IMG/VR virus record: IMGVR_UViG_3300025674_000024
Coordinates: 1-64,000 of that record
Source: a virus
Direction: 5' to 3' (one strand)
Length of the DNA stretch: 64,000 nucleotides
Position 1 is the stretch's first letter, and the number at the start of each line of letters is the position of its first letter. Positions 45,262 through 54,643 of this stretch are shown piece after piece. The notes beneath the pieces were generated by a model, which had not been told where the DNA came from, searched no databases, and was given only the letters and a program-made list of their open reading frames with translations. Made by a program: the position numbers and the translations under genes.

Positions 45262-46738
45262 GTGATGGGATCAGCTTAAAGTCCACGTAAAACTTCGTGG
45301 CAAGGTCTTCGTCCTCCGCGGGCTCGGAGAGGAAGATAATCTCTGACGGCTTAACCGAAGAGTTGGAGCGGTAGAAAGTTACGGCGTCTGCGAAGATGTC
45401 TACTCCGCCCGGGTCGGACCTGACCGTACGAGCGAGAGGGTCATCTTGAAGTTCGGCGTCTAAGATGACTTCCCAGCCGGGCTCAAGCTCGACGTAATCT
45501 GGGAAGATGATCTCTGCTCTCTGGATCTCCGACTCAAGCAGAAAGGTCTCCGAAGAGAGCTCGAGATACATATCTTCCGCCGCCGTTGGCGGAGCCATGT
45601 ATTTAGTTGCGTACTCCGCTATATCAGTAACGAGAGAACGAAGGCTTGTATCTTGAAAGTCCGTAAGCCACTTCGCTACGGGTTCGTATTTCGTAGAGGT
45701 CTGACGGCGGAGGTCGTTGACTGTGACTACCTGTTGATCTTTTACCTCAATCTGAGCGAGGAGGATATAAGGACGGTTTATCTCGGCAAATTGATCATCC
45801 TCCAGAAAGGGTTCCACGGATGACACAGGGCCGCTAGGGCGCTGGTTGGGATAGAGCGCCTCGCCGGTGTAGCGAATGTCGGTGACATCCGCGATCCCAT
45901 CCCAGAAGAAGAATCTCCAATAACGAGCCGGAGTATCACGTGAAACGTTAAATCTCCAGCTTCCGTCAAAGTATCTCTGATCGTCGAGAGTCCAGACAAT
46001 CGCGTCGTTAGACGAGTATAGAGCGCATCGCCCTGTCGAGATTGAAGATCCGTTGAGAAAGAACTCTTCAGCCGTGACAGGGAGAGTGAAATCCACAGTG
46101 ATGGAAGATCCCGTGAAGTAATTTCCCGTCGCTCCGTCCGGGTCGGGTCTCCAGCTACCGTCATCAACTTCCGAGAATGCGTACTCTACCGGAAAGTAGT
46201 TGGCTTCCGTAGATGCTTCATATAGGGATGGAGTGTTGCTAAGAGAGTAGTTTTCTACGCGGTAAAGGGCGTAGGAAGGATTTTCAGGTTGAGTGTAATT
46301 TAAGTAGTACCCTACCTGATAAACACCATCTTGGGCTCCGCCATCTACAATGGAGCGGAGATCGATAGCTAAGCCCGTGGTTAGGATTTGCCCGTAGGAC
46401 CAAGTGATGGTGCCGCTTTGAATGACAAGTAAGGATCCATCATCCGGCAATCGACCTACTTCCAAAGATCCGGGACCGGAAAGCTTTCCGAATTGCGGAT
46501 CGATGTAAACTAAGCCAGTCTTAGCATCGCCGAAGTAGTCTAGACGATATTCTTCAGAAACTCCAGGAAGACGGTCGTAAATTGGTCGACCGCTTGAATA
46601 TCCCCAGACCGTAGGTTCTGGCTGTAATCTCTTAACTTCTCGAGACTCATCGGAAATGATGTCAAATCGGGATAGTCCCGTAGACGCAGGAGCTACTTGT
46701 ATCGGACCCAGCAAAGATTCAGGGAAAACTTCCGTCAT
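45242..46738 (-). CDS. Baseplate-associated protein with F5/8-type-like carbohydrate-binding domain
   Basis: Follows baseplate J; SSNDAIVWT...ARYWRF; DLATKFYVD; ends LDNGRY. Confidence 0.55.
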   Translation of the reverse strand: MTEVFPESLLGPIQVAPASTGLSRFDIISDESREVKRLQPEPTVWGYSSGRPIYDRLPGVSEEYRLDYFGDAKTGLVYIDPQFGKLSGPGSLEVGRLPDDGSLLVIQSGTITWSYGQILTTGLAIDLRSIVDGGAQDGVYQVGYYLNYTQPENPSYALYRVENYSLSNTPSLYEASTEANYFPVEYAFSEVDDGSWRPDPDGATGNYFTGSSITVDFTLPVTAEEFFLNGSSISTGRCALYSSNDAIVWTLDDQRYFDGSWRFNVSRDTPARYWRFFFWDGIADVTDIRYTGEALYPNQRPSGPVSSVEPFLEDDQFAEINRPYILLAQIEVKDQQVVTVNDLRRQTSTKYEPVAKWLTDFQDTSLRSLVTDIAEYATKYMAPPTAAEDMYLELSSETFLLESEIQRAEIIFPDYVELEPGWEVILDAELQDDPLARTVRSDPGGVDIFADAVTFYRSNSSVKPSEIIFLSEPAEDEDLATKFYVDFKLIPSLDNGRY

Positions 46739-49700
46739 AAGGCAAGTGTACCTTCACCATAGTTCACAGGCTTAAACTGAGTCTTATCCGGAGAGTAAGA
46801 CAGCTCCAGAGGAGACGTAGAAGTAAGTGTGCTTTCCCAGACGTAGTTATAACTTGCTTTCTCGTTAGCTTTCGAGATGACACGTAGGCTAGTGATTCCT
46901 AACTTGGACGTAGAGATGGATGGCCCTAAGCGCGAGATTATCCTCTCAGCTCCCTCGGCTTTCACGGTGAACTTCAGGAGATTACCGAAGACCTCTTGAA
47001 CTCGCGGAGAGTTTGGTTGGACTCCGGCCCATGAAGTGGTTGTGTCGGGAGGAGTGAAAGATCTTGTGACACGATAGAACTTCTGTGAGTAAGTCGTCGT
47101 GTCAAGGATGACATCCTCGTAGCGGTACGATGGATCGTAGTATCGGACGTTCTCTGCTCTGTCAGACCTCACGAAGACGCCGTTGTCAAAGTAGGTCTCG
47201 AGGTTCATAAGCGGAGTTACGTGCTCGGTAGCCTCGTACACGCGAACCGAAGAGCCGTTGCGGAAAGCCGCTGCGTCTCCCGGAGCGAAGCGGAACATCT
47301 CTCTGAAAGTCGGGATCCCGCCTCTTTCCTCGACCCACCTCTGGGAATTCCAGAAGTAAGTGCCGTAGTCCTCTCCGGCGGGTCCTAAGACTCTCAGAGT
47401 CTCTCCCGTGATAAGATCTCCTTTCGTCTCTATTTGTTCCTCGTCGATGAGGATTGATGTCAGAAGATCTGCGTTGATGATACGAATGGAGGAACCAGCA
47501 TAGATCGTATAGTCGTAGCGGAACACGCTAGGCTCGACTTCCACGATGAGTCCTTGCTCAACCATCTCATTCACGTCCGTTGTGATCGGAGTGAAATCTA
47601 CCAGAGCTTGGAAGTACCGAGGCAGTGGAAGGTTGCTCTCCAGAAGTCTCTTACAGCTTGGCGTAACATTGTCACACTCAGAAGCCTGGAGGAAGCAATC
47701 CTCAAGAGTGGAGGAATCAAACCCGCCGCGAGAACGGAAGCGGACATACTCTCCGAGAGCAAACCTAGACTTATACCTAAACTGCTTATTGGCAAACAAG
47801 GGACGAGCTGCGCAGTCCAAGTACTCGACGACTTGGATCACCTTCACTAGACCCGCCTCTACGAGGAGATCCACAGCTTCTTTGAAAGTCTGCTCTTCCT
47901 TCTTAGCGAAAGTGAAGTCTGTCAGTACTTCCAAGTAGACCTTTCTGAACCCTGTGAGACGATCGGCGTAACATACGTCTTCGGAGACAATCCCAGTCAG
48001 GATCTGCTCTGGGTCGGGAGTGGAGAGGAAGTCCCCGGAAGAGTAGGATTCTCCCTGAGTGAGAAGCTCGATTTGGATCCTACGTGTCCCAATGTACCCC
48101 TCGTTCTGAGCGGTCCCTAAGTTAGTCAAGTCTGAGAGAGGAGTGAAGTTTCTTTTAGCCACCCAGACGGGATAGCCGGGACGACGATTAAGAGGGACAG
48201 CGGTGGGAGTGCGAGGCTCAAACACTTCGGTATTAAGATCCTCTCTTTCGAAAGCGATGATCTGAGGATCGTATGCTCCGGCGCCATTAAGCGCTGTGAT
48301 CCCCTCTCCGACGACATAATCTGAGAACGTCTTAGCCTCAGACAGCAGACCGTCTAGGATGAGCGTGCTGGGAGTTCTTCTTCCGCTGAAGGTGAAGTCA
48401 ACTAGGACGACGTGAAGAGTCGTGTCCTGATCGTTGAGGTTAGCGACGACATCGCCGGCTCTGTACTCTCCAACTTGAAGGTCTCGGATGATGCGGAAGT
48501 CCAAGTCTCCAATGTTGGAGTGGTAGGACTTAGTACCAGTGACGGGCGTGAAGTCCTGCTCGACGTTATAGTAGACCGGAAGAGTACCCGTGGAGTTCAC
48601 CACGAGGTCTCCTGCCTTCAGGACCGTGCCAGTCTCAAAAGGCTGCGGTTCTGTGACCTCAAACTCTGACACGGCGATCGTACGTGGAGAGTGGTACGCC
48701 GTGAGAGAGGCGATGTCTGGGTCGATGTACCGCGAGGTAGTACCCAGAGTCAGAGAGAAAGCAGTTGCTAAAGCGCCTTCAACATCTGAGACGTTCGGTT
48801 CGTAACTGACCGGAAAGACTGCGTTGGGTGTGAGAATACCAAAGAGATCGTCCCGGACCGTACGAGTAAACTCCCTGAGATCCGCGGCGTAAGGCTTATT
48901 CGGGTCGTAATCGAGTGTCAGGGAGATGTCGACATCGTCCACTTCCATGGAGTAGACGGTACCTGTGAACTCTGTGGGGAGAGAGAAACGCAGAAGGTTC
49001 TGAAGTGCTCTGCGCTGACCGCTAGTGAGTGGAGTGCCGTCTGGGTTAAGGAGGAAGAAAGCAACGGAGGGCGTTCCACTTACGAAGTCTTCCGTGTAGC
49101 GGAAAGCGTCTTTTTCGGAACGACGTGGGAGCACGTTCACCGAGGCTCCGGCTCCGAGTGCATCTGAGAAGAAGTCGACCCAGTCCTCAGCGGACACGGG
49201 GTTGCGACGGCGGATGAGCGTGAAGAATCTCTCTTTGACTTCCGAGAGAAGCTCGACGTTCTGTCCGCCTACCGCCGCTTCCTCGTTTGTGACACCGAGG
49301 ACTCCGGCCAGGGAAGTGACAGGCCGTATGATGGAATTCTTAGGGACATTTCCTCTTACGCCCTTGAGGACGGCTACGGCTTGGACTTTACCCGTCGTCT
49401 CGTTGGGTGGGATGCGTAGCAATTCCGTAGTGACAAAAGAGATGGATTCACCTCCTGTCAGGTTGGGATCTGTGGCAACTTCAAATCCCGCAAAGATTAC
49501 GAAATCTTGACTACGAGGAGCGATCTCAAATGTGAGATCAACTACACTTCCGGCACCCGTGCGTCGTTGAGCACCAAGAAATGGACCGATCCACTCGACG
49601 AGAACGGATTCCGGGAAGGAATTAGCGAATGAGAGAAGCTCGGCTTGAGCGAAAGCCTGACCCTCCAATAGGGCCATGATCGGGGATCCGCTCGAGAAGT

Positions 49701-49812
49701 CGTTGATAGTCGCCCCGGATGTTTCATACACACGTTGGGCAGCGGCTGCGACTAGCTCGGACTCGTTCCTCGGGTCGAGCTCAATAGGAGGAAGAGGAGC
49801 GTAGTTCGGCAT
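46735..49812 (-). CDS. Baseplate J-like wedge protein with C-terminal extension
   Basis: LDPRNESELV, NDFSSGSP, GVTNEEAAVGG, RRRNPVSAEDW. Confidence 0.85.
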   Translation of the reverse strand: MPNYAPLPPIELDPRNESELVAAAAQRVYETSGATINDFSSGSPIMALLEGQAFAQAELLSFANSFPESVLVEWIGPFLGAQRRTGAGSVVDLTFEIAPRSQDFVIFAGFEVATDPNLTGGESISFVTTELLRIPPNETTGKVQAVAVLKGVRGNVPKNSIIRPVTSLAGVLGVTNEEAAVGGQNVELLSEVKERFFTLIRRRNPVSAEDWVDFFSDALGAGASVNVLPRRSEKDAFRYTEDFVSGTPSVAFFLLNPDGTPLTSGQRRALQNLLRFSLPTEFTGTVYSMEVDDVDISLTLDYDPNKPYAADLREFTRTVRDDLFGILTPNAVFPVSYEPNVSDVEGALATAFSLTLGTTSRYIDPDIASLTAYHSPRTIAVSEFEVTEPQPFETGTVLKAGDLVVNSTGTLPVYYNVEQDFTPVTGTKSYHSNIGDLDFRIIRDLQVGEYRAGDVVANLNDQDTTLHVVLVDFTFSGRRTPSTLILDGLLSEAKTFSDYVVGEGITALNGAGAYDPQIIAFEREDLNTEVFEPRTPTAVPLNRRPGYPVWVAKRNFTPLSDLTNLGTAQNEGYIGTRRIQIELLTQGESYSSGDFLSTPDPEQILTGIVSEDVCYADRLTGFRKVYLEVLTDFTFAKKEEQTFKEAVDLLVEAGLVKVIQVVEYLDCAARPLFANKQFRYKSRFALGEYVRFRSRGGFDSSTLEDCFLQASECDNVTPSCKRLLESNLPLPRYFQALVDFTPITTDVNEMVEQGLIVEVEPSVFRYDYTIYAGSSIRIINADLLTSILIDEEQIETKGDLITGETLRVLGPAGEDYGTYFWNSQRWVEERGGIPTFREMFRFAPGDAAAFRNGSSVRVYEATEHVTPLMNLETYFDNGVFVRSDRAENVRYYDPSYRYEDVILDTTTYSQKFYRVTRSFTPPDTTTSWAGVQPNSPRVQEVFGNLLKFTVKAEGAERIISRLGPSISTSKLGITSLRVISKANEKASYNYVWESTLTSTSPLELSYSPDKTQFKPVNYGEGTLAL

Positions 49813-50243
49813 TAGAAGAAGCCTTCGTCGACGACCGGAAAGTTATTGATTCTTTCGTTGAGAATTTGTTTTGTGATTGTGTCTTGTTGGTCTAACTGAG
49901 CGTACTTCACAAGAAAGCTCTGACCCGAACCTCCCTGACTGTACTTAGCGTTAGTACTCCAGAAGAGAGGAGCGCTCGCCGGGTTAGTGTTGACTTGGTC
50001 CCCGAACTGCACGAGGCCCATAAAGCTCTTACGTCCGGTGATCGGAGTAGACCCGTAGCTTTGGTCAGTCTCGAGAGTCATGAAGACTCTATCTAAGCCC
50101 GTGTCTCCACCGCGCTGAATGTCGTTCGCGTTAATCGGGGAGAAGTGCCAATCCGTATCGGCGCCATCGAATTTTAGTTCCCGGGCCCCATTTAGCCACT
50201 GAGACGTGACAATTACTCCCGGCCCAAACAGGGTTTTACTCAC
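49812..50243 (-). CDS. Tail/baseplate structural protein
   Basis: FGPGVIVTSQWLN start; ends VDEGFF; GGGTAAAA at 50273-50280. Confidence 0.6.
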   Translation of the reverse strand: MSKTLFGPGVIVTSQWLNGARELKFDGADTDWHFSPINANDIQRGGDTGLDRVFMTLETDQSYGSTPITGRKSFMGLVQFGDQVNTNPASAPLFWSTNAKYSQGGSGQSFLVKYAQLDQQDTITKQILNERINNFPVVDEGFF

Positions 50244-50287
50244 AGTTTACTTCTGATGGGGTTCTCTACGAATTTTACCCTCACACT

Positions 50288-50310
50288 AAAAAGCCCCGCC
50301 GAAGCGAGGC
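50288..50310 (-). terminator. Rho-independent terminator with UUCG loop
   Basis: GCCTCGC-TTCG-GCGGGGC-TTTTT after the tube gene. Confidence 0.85.
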
Positions 50311-50353
50311 CGAAGGGATAAGTTTAAGCGGACCAACTATGGGGCTAAGTACC

Positions 50354-50776
50354 TCACGAATATGTCCAGTCATTGACTGTGAACACCAGTTCGATGGTGC
50401 CCACGTCGCCGGACTCCCGGTCCATCTCAGCCACGGTCAGCTGTTGAAGCTGGCAGCCGCTGAGAACGTAGGGGGTGCTGTTGCTATTATCGCCGTTACA
50501 TGTCGTCGGTTGGACCGTGATGGTGATGAACTCGCAGTTGTAATCTGCCCAAACCTGCTCGATCGCGTGAGCGAGAGCGGGATCGTAAGGTGCGGTGAGG
50601 GTGACGTCGTCCACGGAGCGAGGACCCACAACTTTGTAGATGCGGTTACCGGTGCCGTTGGCATACTGTCCGCTCTCCGCCGTATCCACGATCCCAGAGA
50701 ACTGAGTCCAGATCGTCTCCAGTCCGGAGATGGTGACGATGAACGCTGACTTTGGAATTGGAATGATGACTGGCAT
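50354..50776 (-). CDS. Tail tube protein
   Basis: 140 aa; FSGI...VGPRSVDDVTLT...MDRESGDVGTIELVF, gp19-like pattern. Confidence 0.75.
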   Translation of the reverse strand: MPVIIPIPKSAFIVTISGLETIWTQFSGIVDTAESGQYANGTGNRIYKVVGPRSVDDVTLTAPYDPALAHAIEQVWADYNCEFITITVQPTTCNGDNSNSTPYVLSGCQLQQLTVAEMDRESGDVGTIELVFTVNDWTYS

Positions 50777-50814
50777 TGGAGATTCTCCTTATGAGTATGA
50801 ATGTAAAGGAGAGA

Positions 50815-53090
50815 TCAAGCGAACACGTCGTTGATATAGAAGCCAGAACCGAAACCGCCAGTGGAGCCCATGCCAGTGATGTTCACGGCACGCTCTACGG
50901 TGATCTCAGCACGGACCACGCGACGCTCACGGATGTAGTACTCAGGACGAACGGCGGGAGTGCCGGTCAGCTGGTAGGTGTAAGCGAATGCGGGAGTCGC
51001 GGCGTTGGCACCACCTGCGGGCATCACGGAATCGGAAGCGCTTAGCGGGCTGTAGAACAGCAGCACGGCGTTTTCGGGGAACACCGGAGTCAGAGTGCCG
51101 TCATCGGCGAGACGACGACCTTCAGCCACGCGGATACCGCGCTCGAGACCGAAGTAACGTGCGAGCACGTCCACGTCTATCGAGTCGGCGGTCGTGAACT
51201 GAATGCGATCCAGAATCGCGGCGTTGGTCAGCAGGCTGTCGAACACAGCGGTGCCGATTACGGCGCCATTGGGACGAATACCGATCTGATTGGATACGGC
51301 ACGCTTCCAGTTGAGAACGTCGGAGATGGGGTTGTTGCCAGCTGCACCCCAGCTAGCACCACCGGAGGAGATGCCGATCGTGGTGGCGTTAGCATCGTAG
51401 GTGGTCCAGTTAGCGTAACCGAGTCCCAGGGTACCACCGGCGACAATGTTGCCGGCTTCGTAGTTACCTGTGGTGCTCACCGCATTGGACACGGTCACCT
51501 CGTAGCTGTTCATGAGGCGGGACATCGCGTTGCGTGTCTCAATGGCGCGCAGGTCGACTTGAGCAGGGCCCTCACCGGCGTTCTCGATCACTTCCTCGGG
51601 AAGTTCCCAAGCGATCACTTCTTGCTCGAGAGCGTAAGCGTCGGTGTCGAAGCGGCTTTGAACGGCGGGGATGTTGGTGCCGTAGGCGCGACGGTAGTCG
51701 GAGATAGCGAAGGCTTCCTTGCCGAAGCGCAGGATTTTACCGGCGCGGGTGGGGGTGTCCACCACAGGGGCAATGAAGTTTGCGATGCTGGTCTCGGGCA
51801 GCATGAAGCCCTGAGCCAGGGTTGTGAGAATAGGCAGTATGTTATCGTAAAAGAGTTTAGCTTTTACTTCTTACGGTTTTCATTCCCGTAAGTTCAGACT
51901 ATATCATCATCCCTTGAATACGCCTTTAATCCATCCATCTCCAGGACATTCTTTACTCCTGGTTCTCTCTACGATACCGTCTTCTGCAATTCGGTACCAG
52001 CGAGTTTTTCCTTTAGACATCTTGCCACCTTTAGCGGCAAAATATTTTCCTTGGGGCCCTCTACCTCTTTCCCAGCCGTCACCCGGACAGGAATGAGATC
52101 TTGTAACTTGATCCTCTTTATGCCACCATAGCATTTTGCCAGTAGCTAGTCCGCCCTTTCGAGAGTTTTCTCGGGCGGTCGGATCATTCTCCATCAGAGC
52201 CTTCATAAACTTAGAATTAAGTTTCTTATGCTCTTCAGAAATAGTTTTGTTCTTGTGGGCTTTCCCTATGTTTTTTCTCCATTCTTCAGAGAAATTTCTC
52301 CCTAAGTTTGTTTTTAGACCGTCTAAACATTTTGTTCGTAGGTCTAAGTATTCTTGAGGAGAAAGTTCTCGTCCGTCTAGATGAGACATAAACCAGTAGG
52401 CTTGCTTAAGTTTGACTTCTTCTGGGAAAGCGTCTATAAGCAGCTTATGCGCTTGTAGGTGCTCTATTGGAGTAAGCCAAACTAAGTTTGAAGTATCGTC
52501 AGAACCGCCAAGACATCTTGAAATGATGTGATGAAGTTCGTGATACCCCTCTGGTTTTTCTTTGCGATAAAGGAAAGATGAAATGAATTCTGTGTACTCA
52601 GGGGAGCTGGGCGCTCGTGGGAAGGTTATTGTTGGGTCACTCACTTCCTAGTCGTTGAACCTTTTTATCTCAATCTATTTTACAAATAGACACCCGAGAT
52701 AAACTTGGCTGCTGATTCCCATTTCAGGGTTCCAGCAATTCACCCAGTTCTCGCATCCTTCTTACGAAAGAGCGGGACCGTTTTCACAATCGACACCACC
52801 GTAGGTGTCACGAAGCAAATGTGTTATCGTAAGAGAGTTTAGCTCTTACTTCTTACGGTTACTGTTCCCGTAAGTTCAGACTATATCATCATCCCGATCG
52901 TCTTTGCAGTTGATCGGGAGCCGGGCGCTCTTGGGTGGAGTTATTGTTGGGACTCATCCACCTAGTCGTTGAACGTTCCACAGAACCTAAGCCCTCTGTG
53001 GCTTCGCTGCTGATTCTCCTTTCAGAGTTCCAGCAATTCACCCGGTGTTCGACGCGGATCACTCCACGAAGGAACCTATCGATTCATCAT
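50815..53090 (-). CDS. Major capsid protein, spliced: join(53090..53082, 52815..52789, 51834..50815), 351 aa
   Basis: Spliced N-terminus MMN-LRDTYGGVD-PILTTLAQGFMLPETSIANF restores a VDP.LT.LA.G[FY] capsid-type motif in frame; AAGGAG SD at 53102-53107. Confidence 0.9.
51835..52788 (-). mobile_element. Group I intron 2 (954 nt) containing HNH ORF
   Basis: 5' splice site after U, P1 GAU|UGU-GAAA-ACGGUC; P GAAUUGCUGGAA, Q AAUCAGCAG, R GUUCAACGACUAG, S GAUAUAGUCUGA; terminal G. Confidence 0.93.
51907..52644 (-). CDS. Intron-encoded HNH homing endonuclease with NUMOD3-like motifs
   Basis: HELHHIISRCLGGSDDTSNLVWLTPIEHLQAHKLL; FSEEWRKNIG; CPGDGW repeats. Confidence 0.9.
   Translation of the reverse strand: MSDPTITFPRAPSSPEYTEFISSFLYRKEKPEGYHELHHIISRCLGGSDDTSNLVWLTPIEHLQAHKLLIDAFPEEVKLKQAYWFMSHLDGRELSPQEYLDLRTKCLDGLKTNLGRNFSEEWRKNIGKAHKNKTISEEHKKLNSKFMKALMENDPTARENSRKGGLATGKMLWWHKEDQVTRSHSCPGDGWERGRGPQGKYFAAKGGKMSKGKTRWYRIAEDGIVERTRSKECPGDGWIKGVFKG
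52816..53081 (-). mobile_element. Group I intron 1 (266 nt, no endonuclease)
   Basis: AAU| splice site pairing with GUUC; same P/Q/R/S elements as intron 2; terminal G. Confidence 0.92.
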
Positions 53091-53172
53091 TGACTTTAAG
53101 TCTCCTTCTGCAGAAGATATAGTTTGTCCCTGGACTTACACCAACCCCAAGAGGTTAGATGCCAGGGTGAAA

Positions 53173-53619
53173 TTAGCTGAAGCTGACGAGCACGTAATCC
53201 TCACCGCCTTGGGTGAGAACTTCGCGGATGATCGGGGTTGTGCCGTTGACAGTCACAGCGGCGCCGGCAGCGTTAGTCACTGCCTGACCGTTGGCGTTCA
53301 CCTCGAGAGCGGTACCGATGTCAGCGGCCACGGGCACGTTAGCACCGGCCTCGGCGGAAATTAGCAGCAGACCGGAGGTAGCCACGGTCAGCATGCGAGT
53401 CTCGTCGGTTGCGAAACCGGTCGCGGGAACGTTGTCGTTCATCGTGAACTGTGCCACGCCCACGGATTCGCCGCCGTTGGACTGTTGAACGAGCAGGGGT
53501 ACGGTGCCGGGAGCCGCGGTCAGTTCGACCACACGGAATTCATTAACGGCGGTGCCTTGAGCGACCTGGAAACTTTCTGCAAATCTTACATACTGACGCC
53601 CATAAACAGGTGCAGCCAT
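53173..53619 (-). CDS. Capsid decoration/cement protein (DUF2190-like)
   Basis: Between scaffold and capsid genes; SVGVAQF, LEVNANGQAV; GGGTAAAA at 53687-53694. Confidence 0.7.
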   Translation of the reverse strand: MAAPVYGRQYVRFAESFQVAQGTAVNEFRVVELTAAPGTVPLLVQQSNGGESVGVAQFTMNDNVPATGFATDETRMLTVATSGLLLISAEAGANVPVAADIGTALEVNANGQAVTNAAGAAVTVNGTTPIIREVLTQGGEDYVLVSFS

Positions 53620-53722
53620 GTGTTTTCTCCTAAGATGAAAAGGATATCAATTGCCGTCTTTTCTTAGACGGGTCTTCACAGTGTTGTTTTACCCACCCCT
53701 AACATGGGACAGGTTTCAATAG

Positions 53723-54643
53723 CTACCTATACTTGATCACACACCGGCAGCGGTCATGGCACCTACACCCCACTCCTGGCATAGGGAGAGATCCGATTGG
53801 CACCCAGCCGAGAGAGTCGTAGTATTTGCAGTCCTCACACACTCTCCTATCGTGCTTTGAGCTGCGCCGCATCTCTTTGAATCCCTCGGTTCTCTTCTTG
53901 GAAGACTCCCCTGTGACGAACCATCTCCAGAGAGGAGTGACTAAGAATCTCTTAAGACGAGCGCCGAGTCCATTCCAGGTAGCGGGGCCTCTCTGCCTTT
54001 GCCTCGGTTTGGATTCCTTTTGAGCTTTCTCAGCCTGAGTGTCGGTCTCAGCGGTAGGACTAATCTTACGGCCTTTGCCCTCTTTCTGAGTGTCTTTAAC
54101 TGTAGTCTTAGCCGCTCGAATTGCCGCTTTGGTAGCTCGAGCCCCTGTGAGGGGGATGACAAGAGATGTGGGAGCAGAGACTACCGGAGCTTCGAGATTT
54201 CTTTCATCTTGGGACACAGTGAGGGGTTGGTCTTCTCCCGGGACAGGATAGTACCAATCATCATCCTCCTCCTCCTGGTAATTCTCCTCATCTGAGAGAC
54301 GGTCATTATCCAGGGAAAGCTTGATGTCGTCAAAGAAGTTCCAGAGGTACTTCATCTGACCCATCGTCTCGGAGTAGAGAGTCTGTGGGATCTTTGTCTC
54401 TCCCAGTCCTAGCATCACAGCTGCAACTGATGAGATAAGAGTATCCTCTGCAGAAGCCCTCTGGAACTCTGAGAAAGTGATCTTATTGGCTTTGAGCTTT
54501 CTTGTGAGGGCCTCAGCTCGGCCTTCCATCTCCGCCTCTAGGCCCTCAAGAGAGGTGAAGGATTCAGCTAAGCGCTGGGCACGGTCGATGTAACTCTCCC
54601 GGCGCTTAGCCGCCTGACCAATAAAGGACAGAAGCTCCATCAC
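53723..54643 (-). CDS. Minor head protein, MuF-like
   Basis: C-terminal RVCEDC...GW...LPMPG..CRCHDRCRC. Confidence 0.7.
   Translation of the reverse strand: MMELLSFIGQAAKRRESYIDRAQRLAESFTSLEGLEAEMEGRAEALTRKLKANKITFSEFQRASAEDTLISSVAAVMLGLGETKIPQTLYSETMGQMKYLWNFFDDIKLSLDNDRLSDEENYQEEEDDDWYYPVPGEDQPLTVSQDERNLEAPVVSAPTSLVIPLTGARATKAAIRAAKTTVKDTQKEGKGRKISPTAETDTQAEKAQKESKPRQRQRGPATWNGLGARLKRFLVTPLWRWFVTGESSKKRTEGFKEMRRSSKHDRRVCEDCKYYDSLGWVPIGSLPMPGVGCRCHDRCRCVIKYR

Noticed and set aside
53110-53125. gaagatatagt on the plus strand resembling a group I S element
   Set aside because: Wrong strand relative to the introns and no partner elements; treated as chance.
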